Shown one piece after another: positions 9,538-19,825 of a stretch of DNA of 64,000 nt. The notes below the pieces were generated by a model. That model saw only the letters and a list, made by a program, of their open reading frames with translations. It was not told the DNA's origin and did no database searches. A program made the position numbers and the translations under genes. Within the stretch, counting starts at the first letter, position 1; each line of letters opens with the position of its first letter. Origin of the DNA: Clostridia bacterium (GTDB lineage: Bacteria; Bacillota; Clostridia; Oscillospirales; UBA644); assembly GCA_017623475.1 (NCBI GenBank), contig JAGAPC010000038.1:20855-84854 (forward strand), in the 5' to 3' direction.

Positions 9538-10785
9538 TTAAATCCGTTGAATCTTCGCGCCTAATTGGGTCAAAACGTCCTCAGGGCGCTCGTATCCGCG
9601 GTCAATATGATAAATATCGGAAATTTCGGTAACGCCTTCGGCGGCAAGGGCGGCGATCATCAGGGCGGCACCTCCCCGCAGATCCGTTGCCTGAACGGGA
9701 GCGCCTTTTAACCGCTTTACCCCTTCCACCACGGCAACGCGGCCTTCGGGCGTAATATTTGCCCCCATCCGTTGCAGCTCGGAAATGTGCTTATAACGGT
9801 TTTCGAAGATCGTTTCTACGAATACGGTGCTTCCCTTTGCCACACACATCAGCCCCATAAAGGGCGCTTGCGCGTCGGTGGGAAAGCCCGGATAGGGCAT
9901 GGTTCGAATCCGTCGGGCGGATTTTAAAAAATCGCAGGAGATCCGAAGATAATCTCCTCGTTCTTCGATCTCGCAGCCTGCTTGACGAAGGGCGGAGAGC
10001 AACGCCGTATTGTGCCGTGGGCAGGTGTTTCGCAGCAGGGCGTTTCCACGGGTTGCGGCAACGGCGCAAAGATAGGTGGCGGTAACGATGCGGTCGGGAA
10101 TTACCCGATGATGACAGCCGGTCAAAGAATCCACGCCGCAGATCACCACGGTGCTGGAGCCTGCGCCGGACACCGAAGCGCCCATCTCGTTGAGAAAATT
10201 CTGCAGATCCTCAATTTCCGGCTCCCGTGCGGCGTTGGTAATGACGGTCGTTCCCCTTGCCCGAACGGCGGCAAGCATGATATTTTCCGTCGCGCCGACG
10301 CTGGGAAACGCCAAGGGGATTTCGCACCCCTGCAGGGTTTGACCGTTACAAAACAGGCTTCCGAATTCCTCGCGGATGGCAACGCCCATTTTTTCAAAGG
10401 CGGACAGGTGAAGATCAATGGGGCGAGGTCCCAACTCACAACCGCCGGGGAAAGAGATCACGGCTTTTCCGTGCCGAGACAACAAAGCCCCCAGAAATAT
10501 GACGGAAGACCTCATTTTTCGCATTAAAGAGTCCGGAATTTCGTAATCCAATACGTTGCGGCAATCCACCCAAACGGTATTTCCCCGATGCTTTACCTGG
10601 GCGCCGAGGGTCTTCAGAATCTCCAACGCCGTATGGGTATCGCTGATATCGGGACAGTTTTCGATCACACATTCTCCATCGGCGACCAGGGTTGCCGCCA
10701 TGATGGGAAGAATACTGTTTTTTGCACCTTGAATATCAATCACTCCGCAAAGGGAATTTCCTCCCTCGATCCGGAACTTCGGCAT
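9538..10785 (-). CDS. murA: UDP-GlcNAc 1-carboxyvinyltransferase
   Basis: GAKNS, PGGCELGPRPIDLH, SVGATEN, PGFPTDAQ, HIDRGYE. Confidence 0.97.
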   Translation of the reverse strand: MPKFRIEGGNSLCGVIDIQGAKNSILPIMAATLVADGECVIENCPDISDTHTALEILKTLGAQVKHRGNTVWVDCRNVLDYEIPDSLMRKMRSSVIFLGALLSRHGKAVISFPGGCELGPRPIDLHLSAFEKMGVAIREEFGSLFCNGQTLQGCEIPLAFPSVGATENIMLAAVRARGTTVITNAAREPEIEDLQNFLNEMGASVSGAGSSTVVICGVDSLTGCHHRVIPDRIVTATYLCAVAATRGNALLRNTCPRHNTALLSALRQAGCEIEERGDYLRISCDFLKSARRIRTMPYPGFPTDAQAPFMGLMCVAKGSTVFVETIFENRYKHISELQRMGANITPEGRVAVVEGVKRLKGAPVQATDLRGGAALMIAALAAEGVTEISDIYHIDRGYERPEDVLTQLGAKIQRI

Positions 10786-10847
10786 AATATGTACCCCTTT
10801 TTTCGGAATTCATTCCATACTATGCCAAAGCGGTAAAAAGGTGCAGG

Positions 10848-11957
10848 TCAGTTCAATAAGGCTTCGATCTCGTCGCAAATGCGGGCGGTTGCCGCAGGGT
10901 GGGCAAGGGTTTTGGTTGCCCGTTCCATATCGCAGAGCCGTCCCCGATCAAAGACCAGATCGCAAAGGGTGGCGTATAATACCTCGCCGGTCAGCTCCGA
11001 TTCCTCCAAGAGAACCGCAGCCCCGATATCGGAATAGGTTTTTGCGTTGAAAAACTGATGATTTTCCGTCACGTTGGGCGAAGGAATCAGAATGGAGGGC
11101 TTGCCCAACGCCGCAAGCTCCGTCAAGGTCATGGCTCCGGAACGGGCAATTACCACGTCGGCGGCCGCCATGCGAAGGGGCATATCGTAAATATATTCCT
11201 GAACCTGAATTCGGGGACAGGAGGAAAGGATCTCTTTTAACGCCTCGCAAACGTGGGAATAGTCCCTTGCGGCGCCGTGATAGAGCGTCATGGCGTTTTC
11301 GGGGGCGGCAAGGCGGGCAAGGTCGATAAAGGTATCGTTGATCCGCCGTGCGCCGAGGCTTCCGCCGTAAGAAAGAACGTAAGCCTCGTCGGGGGCGATG
11401 CCCAGCGTTTTACGGGCTTCTTCCTTCGTGATTTTAAGGAATTCTTCCTTGACCGGATTTCCGATAACGGTGCATTTTTCGGGGTCACATTTGAGGGGGC
11501 GCGCCAAGGGGAAGCTGAGAAGAACCCGATCCACCTTGGTCGAAAGCATCTTGGTGGTAACGCCGGCAAAGGCGTTTTGCTCGTGAATGAGAGTTCGGCA
11601 TTTCATCCGCGCCGCTTCGGACAAAACCGGGGCGCTGACGTATCCCCCCGTGCCGATGACCACATCGGGCTGAAATTCCCGAATCACGTCCCGAACCTTT
11701 CGGCGGGCGGCAAGGTATTTGGAAACCGCAGAAATATTATGCTTGATCGCCTCCGGAGAAAAGCTGCGGCGAAGCCCGGAGACCTGAATGGTTTTAAAAT
11801 CAAACCCTGCCCGGGGAACCAAATCCGCCTCCAGATGATCGGCAGTCCCCATAAACAGGAATTCGCCGTCGGGGTGGCGGCGGCGCAATTCCCCCGCAAT
11901 CGCAAGGGCGGGGTTAATATGCCCGGAGGTACCTCCGCAAGCAAAAAGAAATTTCAT
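10848..11957 (-). CDS. murG: Lipid II GlcNAc transferase
   Basis: GGTSGHINPA, GTGGYVS, HEQN, GNPV, GGSLGA. Confidence 0.96.
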   Translation of the reverse strand: MKFLFACGGTSGHINPALAIAGELRRRHPDGEFLFMGTADHLEADLVPRAGFDFKTIQVSGLRRSFSPEAIKHNISAVSKYLAARRKVRDVIREFQPDVVIGTGGYVSAPVLSEAARMKCRTLIHEQNAFAGVTTKMLSTKVDRVLLSFPLARPLKCDPEKCTVIGNPVKEEFLKITKEEARKTLGIAPDEAYVLSYGGSLGARRINDTFIDLARLAAPENAMTLYHGAARDYSHVCEALKEILSSCPRIQVQEYIYDMPLRMAAADVVIARSGAMTLTELAALGKPSILIPSPNVTENHQFFNAKTYSDIGAAVLLEESELTGEVLYATLCDLVFDRGRLCDMERATKTLAHPAATARICDEIEALLN

Positions 11958-11960
11958 AAA

Positions 11961-13151
11961 TTACGCCTCTTTTCGGGAAGAGAGCTTCCGTCTCGTTCCG
12001 TTATTTTCTTGTTCCGTATCCTTGATGGGCGCGTCCTTTTCCAGCGCCGCGTGCCTTGAGATCTGTAGTACGATCCCCATTTCTCCCAACAAAACCACCA
12101 GCGCCGTTCCGCCGTAGCTGAAGAAGGGAAGGGAAATACCGGTAACGGGGAACGCCCCGGAAACCACGGCGATGTTAAAGATGGTCTGAACCGCAAGACG
12201 GGAGATGATCCCGACGACGATGAGAGAGGAAAATTTATCGGGTGCCTTGGACGCGATATAAAATCCGCGGACGATAACGAAGGCGAAGATCCCCAAAACG
12301 AGAACGGCGGCGATCCAGCCCATTTCTTCACAGAAGACCGAGAAAATAAAGTCGTTTTGAGGCTCCGGCAGGTACAGATATTTCTGTCGGCTATTGCCGT
12401 AGCCAAGCCCGGTCAATCCTCCGGAGCCGATGGCGTACAGAGATTGCAACGCCTGATATCCGTTTCCGGTGGGATCTAATTCCGGATGTAACCAATATTC
12501 AATCCGTTTTTGCATATACTCTTCGCTGAAATACAGCGCAATCGCCCCTGCGGCGCAGACCAGCCCGACGGGAACCAAATACAGTACGTTTGCACCGGCG
12601 GCGATAATCATCATCAGTCCGATGGAAGCCACGAGAATGGCTCCGGAAAGGTGGGGCTCGATCCCAACCAAAAGGGCACAGACCCCGAAGATCACACCGG
12701 GAAATACGATGCCGCGCCAAAAGTTGCGGATGCGAAGCTTCGGATTGGAAAGATAAGCGGCAAGAAGAAGAATGACCGCCACTTTAGCAAATTCCGAGGG
12801 CTGGAATTGGAACGATCCGATATAAAGCCAGCGCTTCTCCGTATCGTTACTCAAAAACAGAACCGCACCGAGAAGCACGACGCAGATGCCGTACAGCAGG
12901 GGGGCAAGCTTTTTGTAGAAACGGTAGGGAAACCAGGAGGCGATCGCCATACCGCCCAATCCGATGGCGGCAAAAATCCCCTGTCGGGAGATATAGTAAT
13001 AACTGTTTCCGGTTTTTTGCAGAGCCTTGGCATAACCGGCGGAATACAACGTGGCAAGGCCGATTGCCAAAAGAAGCAGAACGCCGACGAGAAAAGGCAG
13101 ATCCACACCGGTCAATCGGCGGGATCGGGAAGAAAAGAAACCCTTTTTCAT
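11961..13151 (-). CDS. ftsW: SEDS peptidoglycan polymerase FtsW/SpoVE
   Basis: Multi-TM; QPSEFAK, YLPEPQNDFIF, PVTGISLPFFSYGG. Confidence 0.93.
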   Translation of the reverse strand: MKKGFFSSRSRRLTGVDLPFLVGVLLLLAIGLATLYSAGYAKALQKTGNSYYYISRQGIFAAIGLGGMAIASWFPYRFYKKLAPLLYGICVVLLGAVLFLSNDTEKRWLYIGSFQFQPSEFAKVAVILLLAAYLSNPKLRIRNFWRGIVFPGVIFGVCALLVGIEPHLSGAILVASIGLMMIIAAGANVLYLVPVGLVCAAGAIALYFSEEYMQKRIEYWLHPELDPTGNGYQALQSLYAIGSGGLTGLGYGNSRQKYLYLPEPQNDFIFSVFCEEMGWIAAVLVLGIFAFVIVRGFYIASKAPDKFSSLIVVGIISRLAVQTIFNIAVVSGAFPVTGISLPFFSYGGTALVVLLGEMGIVLQISRHAALEKDAPIKDTEQENNGTRRKLSSRKEA

Positions 13152-13178
13152 GCCAAAACTCCTTTCGATAAAATATAA

Positions 13179-14198
13179 TTATGCAAAATACGCAAAGACC
13201 CAAATCATAACCAGCGCGCAAGCCAACAGAGAGCATCCGCCGAACATGAGGCAGATCTGCCGTTCCGAATAGCCGCTTAATTCAAAGCTATGGTGAATGG
13301 GGGTCATTTTAAAGAAGCGCTTTCCGTGGGTAAGCTTGAAATAGGTCACCTGGATCATGACCGAGAGCGCCTCGCAGAAATAGACGATTCCGACCAACAG
13401 AATAACCAGGGGCATATCCAACGCAAAGGACAAGCCAACGACCATCGAGCCGAGGAAGAAGGATCCCGTATCGCCCATCATGATTTTGGAAGGATACCAA
13501 TTATACACCAGATACGCCGCGCAAGAGCCCAGAAGGCACGCCGCCAGCACCGAAACGTCGGTCAGCTTCATCAATGCCGCGGTGACGCAGAAAAAGGCGG
13601 CAACGGGAAGGGTTACGGTGGTGCAAAGTCCATCGACGCCGTCGGTCAGATTGACCGCGTTGACAAAGCCCACAATCAGTAAAATCGCAATTACGTAATA
13701 GAGAACGGAGAAATTCCAAACCGCACCGAAGATGGGGATCAGAAGCGAGGTGGAAAATCCGTTCCGCGCCCCCATATAAAGAAGGAAGGCGATGCACAGA
13801 ATCCCCTGGAAAATCACCTTTTGGGTGGGGGTCAGTCCGTCGTTGTGCTTCCGACGGATCTTGGTCATATCGTCGGCAAAGCCGATCATCGAAAACAGAA
13901 CGGAGAAGATCAGCACCGTCATGGCGACGGAGGGACCTTGGAAATCGATCAACGTCTCCCCTTCTTTGTAAAATTTAAAGCCGAAAAAGAGGAAGGAAAC
14001 CACGGTGGAAAGGATAAAGGCAAGACCGCCCATGGTGGGAGTTCCTTGCTTTTTCTTGTGCCAGGAGGGACCGTCCTGGATCAGAATCTGCTGACCGAAT
14101 TTCAATCGGCGCAAAATGGGAATCAGCAAAGGAATTGCGATCAGACCGATCACCAAAGCGCAAACGAATCCGAGAATTACGTACAGAGTATCGGGCAT
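13179..14198 (-). CDS. mraY: Phospho-MurNAc-pentapeptide transferase
   Basis: KQGTPTMGG, NAVNLTDGVDGL, MGDTGS, PIHHSFE. Confidence 0.97.
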   Translation of the reverse strand: MPDTLYVILGFVCALVIGLIAIPLLIPILRRLKFGQQILIQDGPSWHKKKQGTPTMGGLAFILSTVVSFLFFGFKFYKEGETLIDFQGPSVAMTVLIFSVLFSMIGFADDMTKIRRKHNDGLTPTQKVIFQGILCIAFLLYMGARNGFSTSLLIPIFGAVWNFSVLYYVIAILLIVGFVNAVNLTDGVDGLCTTVTLPVAAFFCVTAALMKLTDVSVLAACLLGSCAAYLVYNWYPSKIMMGDTGSFFLGSMVVGLSFALDMPLVILLVGIVYFCEALSVMIQVTYFKLTHGKRFFKMTPIHHSFELSGYSERQICLMFGGCSLLACALVMIWVFAYFA

Positions 14199-15557
14199 TT
14201 ATACGTCCTCCTGCTCTTTTTTATCATTCAAAAAACATTCAATTACCTTTTCCGCGTGCATTCCGCGGCTTGCCTTGAACAGGATCACGTCGTCGGGACG
14301 GGCGACCAGCTTCAGATTGACCGCCGCATCCTCCGGGGTACGGCAGGGAATCCGTTGGGGAACGCCGGCAAGATTTGCGCCTTCCAGGTAATCCTCCGCA
14401 AAATCGCCGTAAGCGATCAGGACGGAAATCCCCTCCAGAAGCTCGCCGACCTGCTTATGGAATTCCTTCGATCCTTCGCCCAACTCCAGCATATCTCCCA
14501 ACACGGCGATCTTCCGTCCCGGCTTGCTTTTCAGCACGTCGATGGACGCCTTCATGGAGGTGGGAGAAGCGTTGTAGCAATCTTCAATCAGCGTCATGCC
14601 GTTTTCCTTGCGGATATTCTGACGCATGGGGGCTTTTTCCATTCGGCGAAGTCCTTCTCCGATGGAGGAAAGATCCATTCCGCAGAGAACCCCGACGGCA
14701 ATCGCCGCCAAGGCGTTATATACGTTATGAATGCCGTCAATGGCAAGCTGTACGTCCAGATCTCCGAGGGGAGTTTTTGCGGTAAAGGAAACGCCCTCGC
14801 TGAGAACGGCGACGTTGTAGGCGTAATAATCGTATTCCGGATGATTCAAGCCGTAAAGCACCCGTTTTTGCTTGGTATCGGAGACGGTGGCAAGGAAGGG
14901 ATCGTCTCCGTTAATGACCAAAACGCCTTCGTCGGTCATGCCGTCGGCGATTTCCATTTTTGCCTTCAAGATGCCCTCTTGAGAGCCCAGATATTCAATA
15001 TGGCACATTCCGATATTGGTCAGAACGCCGATATCGGGGCGGGCGATGAGGGAAAGCTCGGAAATCTCCCCGAAATTGCACATTCCCATTTCGGTCACCG
15101 CCATTTTGTCGGTGGGGGCAACGTGGAGAAGGGTCAAGGGCAAGCCCGTTTCGCTGTTCATGTTTCCCTGGGTTTTATAAGTGGGGAAGGATTGGGACAG
15201 AACGGCGGAAATAAATTCCTTCGTGGTGGTCTTCCCGACGCTTCCCGTGACGGCAACCACCTTCAGATCGGGGCGGGTGCGGTACCAGGATGCAAAATCC
15301 TGCAGGGCTTTCAGCGTATCGGGAACGAGAACCCGCGGGAGATCGGAAGAAACCTCCCGATCGATCAAAAGGGCGGAAACGCCGTTCTGCGCGGCTTGTT
15401 CGATAAAATCGTGTCCGTCAACCCGGGCGCCCTTCAGGCAAATAAACAGATCCCCCGTCTTTCCCTTGCGGGAGTCAATACAAAAATCAGAGAATTCGCC
15501 GTCGCGCAGGCATTTTCCGCCGACGATCTTGGCAAATTCGGACAAACGAAAGGTCAT
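14199..15557 (-). CDS. murF: UDP-MurNAc-tripeptide--D-Ala-D-Ala ligase
   Basis: TGSVGKTTTKE, DCYNASP, LGDMLELG, KASRGM. Confidence 0.96.
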   Translation of the reverse strand: MTFRLSEFAKIVGGKCLRDGEFSDFCIDSRKGKTGDLFICLKGARVDGHDFIEQAAQNGVSALLIDREVSSDLPRVLVPDTLKALQDFASWYRTRPDLKVVAVTGSVGKTTTKEFISAVLSQSFPTYKTQGNMNSETGLPLTLLHVAPTDKMAVTEMGMCNFGEISELSLIARPDIGVLTNIGMCHIEYLGSQEGILKAKMEIADGMTDEGVLVINGDDPFLATVSDTKQKRVLYGLNHPEYDYYAYNVAVLSEGVSFTAKTPLGDLDVQLAIDGIHNVYNALAAIAVGVLCGMDLSSIGEGLRRMEKAPMRQNIRKENGMTLIEDCYNASPTSMKASIDVLKSKPGRKIAVLGDMLELGEGSKEFHKQVGELLEGISVLIAYGDFAEDYLEGANLAGVPQRIPCRTPEDAAVNLKLVARPDDVILFKASRGMHAEKVIECFLNDKKEQEDV

Positions 15558-16988
15558 TTAATATCCCTCTTCCTTGAGAATTTCACGTGCAATTTCACGC
15601 TCGTCGTAATGAATTACCCGATCGGAAAAGACCTGCCAGGTTTCATGCCCCTTTCCGGCAAGCAGAACGGTATCCCCCGGCGCTGCGGATTGGATGGCAA
15701 CACGAATGGCTTGGGTACGGTCCGGAATGATCCGATATTCGTCACCCTGAACGCCGCAGACGATCTGACGGATAATTTCTTCCGGATCCTCGGAGCGTGG
15801 ATTGTCGGAGGTAATCAGCGAAAGATCCGCCCATCGGGTGGCAATCCGTCCCATTTCGGGGCGTTTGCTTTGATCCCGATCGCCGCCGCAACCAAATACG
15901 GCGATGATTCTTCCGGCGGTGGTTTCCCGAAGGGATCGGAGCACGTTTTCCAATCCGTCGGGAGTATGAGCGTAATCAATAAGCAGGCGGAAGGGCAAAT
16001 CGTTGCGGATCGGCTCTAACCTGCCCGGAACTCCGGGGAAGGAAGAAAGAGCGCGAACGCAGACGTCAAGATCCAAATCCAGACATTCCGCCGCGGCAAG
16101 AGCCGCCAAAGAATTATAAATACTGAACCGCCCCCAGACCGGAAGAAACACTTCCCGACGTCCGGAGGGGGAACATTCAAGATAAGAAACCCCTTCCCCG
16201 GTCATATAGACCCGGCTTGCCCGAAAATCGGCGGGATGAGAGGCTGAAAAGGACAAGGCTCCGGGGCAGGCTAAAAAGGGGGCGGCATAATCGCTGTCGG
16301 CGTTAATCAGCCCCTTGCGACATTGAGAAAACAACTTTAATTTTGCATCCCGATAGGCTTGCATCGAACCGTGGTAATCCAAATGATCCACCGTAAGGTT
16401 CGTAAAAATTCCCAATTCAAATTCGATCCCCGCGGTGCGGGATTGATCGAGGGATTGGGAGGAAACCTCCATAACGGTATGGGTACATCCGTGGCGCTTT
16501 GCCTCCGCAAAAATACGGTGCAGCGTGGACGGATCGGGGGTGGTAAGCGCGGATTTTCTGCCTCCGCTTCCGTCGTCGGTACAGACGGTACCGATCAATC
16601 CGGTTTTGACGCCGCAGGCGCGAAGACAATGATCCAGCATATAGGCGGTGGATGTTTTTCCGTTGGTGCCGGTAATTCCGATCAACCTTAAATCCTTGGA
16701 GGGATTTCCGTAAAAATTTCCGCAAAGCAACGCGAAGGCGCTACGGGGATCGGGGACCCGAAAGGTCGGGATCGGCAACGGCGGCGTTTGTGCAGAAACG
16801 ACTGCCGCGCAAGCTCCTTTTGCGACCGCTTCGGACAGAAATTGATGTCCGTCGGTGCTTCTGCCGGGAATGGCAACGAATAACGCGCCGGGAATCACCC
16901 GACTGCTGACGTCGGTGACGAGGGAAATTTCCAGATCCTCAAAGGGGGTGCAGGAAAACACGGAGGACGCTAATAAAGACAGCTTCAC
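15558..16988 (-). CDS. murE: UDP-MurNAc-dipeptide--meso-DAP ligase
   Basis: TGTNGKTS, MEVSS, DYAHTPD, DNPR (DAP-specific motif), AGKGHE; probable GTG start. Confidence 0.95.
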   Translation of the reverse strand: MKLSLLASSVFSCTPFEDLEISLVTDVSSRVIPGALFVAIPGRSTDGHQFLSEAVAKGACAAVVSAQTPPLPIPTFRVPDPRSAFALLCGNFYGNPSKDLRLIGITGTNGKTSTAYMLDHCLRACGVKTGLIGTVCTDDGSGGRKSALTTPDPSTLHRIFAEAKRHGCTHTVMEVSSQSLDQSRTAGIEFELGIFTNLTVDHLDYHGSMQAYRDAKLKLFSQCRKGLINADSDYAAPFLACPGALSFSASHPADFRASRVYMTGEGVSYLECSPSGRREVFLPVWGRFSIYNSLAALAAAECLDLDLDVCVRALSSFPGVPGRLEPIRNDLPFRLLIDYAHTPDGLENVLRSLRETTAGRIIAVFGCGGDRDQSKRPEMGRIATRWADLSLITSDNPRSEDPEEIIRQIVCGVQGDEYRIIPDRTQAIRVAIQSAAPGDTVLLAGKGHETWQVFSDRVIHYDEREIAREILKEEGY

Positions 16989-17041
16989 AGACCATCAACC
17001 TTTCCGAACGTGATAAAAAATTCAACGTCCGGAATGAGGGA

Positions 17042-19252
17042 TCATTCCTGCTTCTGCCCTTCGAACTTGACGGTAATCAAAGTTCCTTTTTTCACGACCG
17101 TACCCTTTGCGATACTTTGGCTGACGGCGACGGTGGTGGAATAATTCAGATTATCGCCCACGACCTTAATGTTCAAGCCTGCCTGCTGGAGCAAGGAGTT
17201 ACATTCGGCGGCGGTCTTCCCTTTCAGATCGGGAACGGAGGTATTCTTTTCCACGTTTCCGTTGGAATCGGTGTAGATCAACACCGTATTCCCGCTGCAA
17301 AGAAGCGTTTGCGCCGCAGGAAGCTGGGAGGAAACCTTTTCTCCGTCGCCGATGATCTTTGCGATCAGACCGGCGTCCGAGATTGCGGCAGCGGCGTCGG
17401 AAACCGACATACCGGAAACCGAGGGAACTAACACGGAGGTAACGGCACCGCCGTCCTCGTAATCGGGCTCGATGTTCAGATATTCCAAACATTCGCCCAT
17501 AATATCACGTCCCAAGGGGGCCGCGATATAAGAACCGTATTGAACGTAGGAGTTGGGTTCGTCAACCATGACGAGAATGGCAATTTCCGGATCGTCCGCC
17601 GGAGCGAAGCAAACGTAGGAGGCGATGACCTTTTGCTCTCCGTATTCGCCGCCCTCCATCTTTTGGGAGGTACCGGTCTTTCCGCAGATGCGGTAGCCCT
17701 TCAGATAGCCGGTTTTCCCTTTGACGACGGTGTATTCCAGGAAATCCCGAAGGGTTTCACAGGTAGATTCGGAAACGATCTGATTGACCGCCTGGGGTTC
17801 GTTTTGCAAAACGATATTACCGTCCTGATCCACGACGCGGTCAAGAATATAAGGCTTCATGTAAGTACCGCCGTTGGCAATGGCGCTTACTGCGGTGATC
17901 AACTGCATGGGAGTGATCTGGAAGGTCTGACCAAAGGAAGAAGAATAAAGATTCCAGCGGGTCATTTCGTCTTCCTCAAAGAAAATACCGGAAACCTCGC
18001 CGGGAAGCCCGACGCCGGTCTTCTGCTGAAAACCGAAAAGAGTAAAATATTTGTAGAAACGATCGACGCCTACCCGATCGGCAACCTGGACGAAAACCAC
18101 GTTGCAGGAATTTGCCATCGCATCCTTGAAGGTCTCCGGACCGTGCGCCTTTTTTCCGGCACAATGGTAGGTAATCGCCCCCATGTCGATCTGACTGCTG
18201 CAATAGAAGGTTTCGGACAGGGGAACGAGGTTTTCCTCCAACGCCATGGCGGCGGTAAAGATCTTAAAGGTCGAACCCGGATCGTACTGTTCGGTAATAA
18301 TCTTGTTCTTTCGGTATTCCAACTGTTTTTTCGTATAGGCGGCTTTGTATTCCTCGCTGTTTTCTTCATACGAAGCCAAAAGTTTTTCCAAGGTCATTTC
18401 ATCGTTGATGGTGAAAGGATCGTTCAGATCGTAATCCGGTTTGGAGGACATGGCAAGCACGGCGCCGGTCTTGACGTTCATGATCACGCCGCCGATGCGG
18501 GATTGGACGTTATGCTCCACCCGGGTATTGGAAATGTGCTTTTCCAAAATATATTGCAGCTGAACGTCGGTGGTAAGATACAGATCGTATCCGTCCACCG
18601 CATCCTGATAGGATTCGTATTCGTAGGGCATGGCAGAGCCCTTGGCGGTGCGCACGGCGGTAATTTTCCCGGGGGTTCCGGAAAGATAGGAATCGTAGTA
18701 ATATTCCAACCCTTCCAAGCCCTGGTTATCCGAGCCGACGAATCCAACGACGGTGGAAAGCAGGTTTTTATAAGGATAATACCGTTTGGTATCTTCGCTG
18801 ACCCAAACGATCGTTTTATATTCTTTGTGTTCGGTGAGCCATTGGGTGACCTTGTCAGCATCTTCCTTTTCGATCCGACGCTTCACCGCAAGATACTGAC
18901 TGTTCTTTTGGGTATTATTGTAAACCGTTTCGTAGTTCAATCCCAGCGCTTCCGAAAGAAAGGTGGCAACCTCAACGCGATCTTCCTCGTCGGTCAGCTG
19001 GGCGGGCGCCATCAATACCTGATAGGCGGTGGCGCTGACGGCAAGATCCACGCCGTTGACGTCCTTGATCGAGCCGCGGTCGGGATCGACGGTAATTTCC
19101 CAGGTTTGCTGATCCAGCGCAAGGCTTTCGTATTTATCGTGCTGAATGACCTGCAAATAAAAAAGCCATCCCGCCAGACCGAGAAACACTGCCCCGAAGA
19201 TCATGGGGAAGAGATAACGGATAACTCGGTTGTTTTTGGATGGCATATTCAT
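17042..19252 (-). CDS. Class B penicillin-binding protein with two PASTA domains (SpoVD/FtsI-like)
   Basis: N-terminal TM, RGSIKD, RYYP, SxxK (GSTFK), SCN, KTGT; C-terminal PASTA repeats. Confidence 0.93.
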   Translation of the reverse strand: MNMPSKNNRVIRYLFPMIFGAVFLGLAGWLFYLQVIQHDKYESLALDQQTWEITVDPDRGSIKDVNGVDLAVSATAYQVLMAPAQLTDEEDRVEVATFLSEALGLNYETVYNNTQKNSQYLAVKRRIEKEDADKVTQWLTEHKEYKTIVWVSEDTKRYYPYKNLLSTVVGFVGSDNQGLEGLEYYYDSYLSGTPGKITAVRTAKGSAMPYEYESYQDAVDGYDLYLTTDVQLQYILEKHISNTRVEHNVQSRIGGVIMNVKTGAVLAMSSKPDYDLNDPFTINDEMTLEKLLASYEENSEEYKAAYTKKQLEYRKNKIITEQYDPGSTFKIFTAAMALEENLVPLSETFYCSSQIDMGAITYHCAGKKAHGPETFKDAMANSCNVVFVQVADRVGVDRFYKYFTLFGFQQKTGVGLPGEVSGIFFEEDEMTRWNLYSSSFGQTFQITPMQLITAVSAIANGGTYMKPYILDRVVDQDGNIVLQNEPQAVNQIVSESTCETLRDFLEYTVVKGKTGYLKGYRICGKTGTSQKMEGGEYGEQKVIASYVCFAPADDPEIAILVMVDEPNSYVQYGSYIAAPLGRDIMGECLEYLNIEPDYEDGGAVTSVLVPSVSGMSVSDAAAAISDAGLIAKIIGDGEKVSSQLPAAQTLLCSGNTVLIYTDSNGNVEKNTSVPDLKGKTAAECNSLLQQAGLNIKVVGDNLNYSTTVAVSQSIAKGTVVKKGTLITVKFEGQKQE

Positions 19253-19336
19253 GACAGGGATCCTTTCTCATCCGCAAAGCCGCGAAAACAAAGTAATGGC
19301 ACAAACATTATATTCCCGCGGTGCAAGGAGCAGAAC

Positions 19337-19720
19337 TTAATTTCCGAAGAAATCGCCGATGGCAGAGAACGCCTTGGCGATCTGACCGAAGAAGTTTTCG
19401 TCTTCTTCACTGTGCAGAAGCTCGGCAGAGCCGGAGACGTCGTATTGGATATACTGGATCTGATAATTTTCCAACTTGTGCATCCCCAGGACCTCGGAAG
19501 CGTACTGTTCCACGGAAAAATAGTCGGATCTGCGGTCAATTTCGATTTGCAATTTGGTTCCTTCGTTGACGGCGGCGGAAAGCTCGCTGTTCAGAGTGCG
19601 AAGCTCCGCGTTCTTTTCGTTTTGAGAAATGCTGCAGTTGACGGTCAAAAGAAGGAGGGTAACGATGCCGGCAACGAGAAACAGGGTGAGAAAATTAAAT
19701 TTAATCGAGGGAAGCTTCAT
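19337..19720 (-). CDS. ftsL: FtsL-like bitopic coiled-coil division protein
   Basis: TM, coiled coil and YASEVLGM motif; located between rsmH and the PBP. Confidence 0.7.
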   Translation of the reverse strand: MKLPSIKFNFLTLFLVAGIVTLLLLTVNCSISQNEKNAELRTLNSELSAAVNEGTKLQIEIDRRSDYFSVEQYASEVLGMHKLENYQIQYIQYDVSGSAELLHSEEDENFFGQIAKAFSAIGDFFGN

Positions 19721-19745
19721 AAATCGTTTCCTCCTTTCAGAATTT

Positions 19746-19810
19746 GGGTGTGCGTTGTGTGTTTGAGTGTTTTGGTGTTTGACGTTTGTGTTTCGTTTGG
19801 TGTTTATGTG
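19746..19810. repeat. Low-complexity GTTT/AAAC tract between rsmH and ftsL
   Basis: Seven GTTT cores, mostly GTGTTT, spaced 5-8 bp apart. Confidence 0.75.
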
Positions 19811-19825
19811 AAAGATTGCGTTCGA

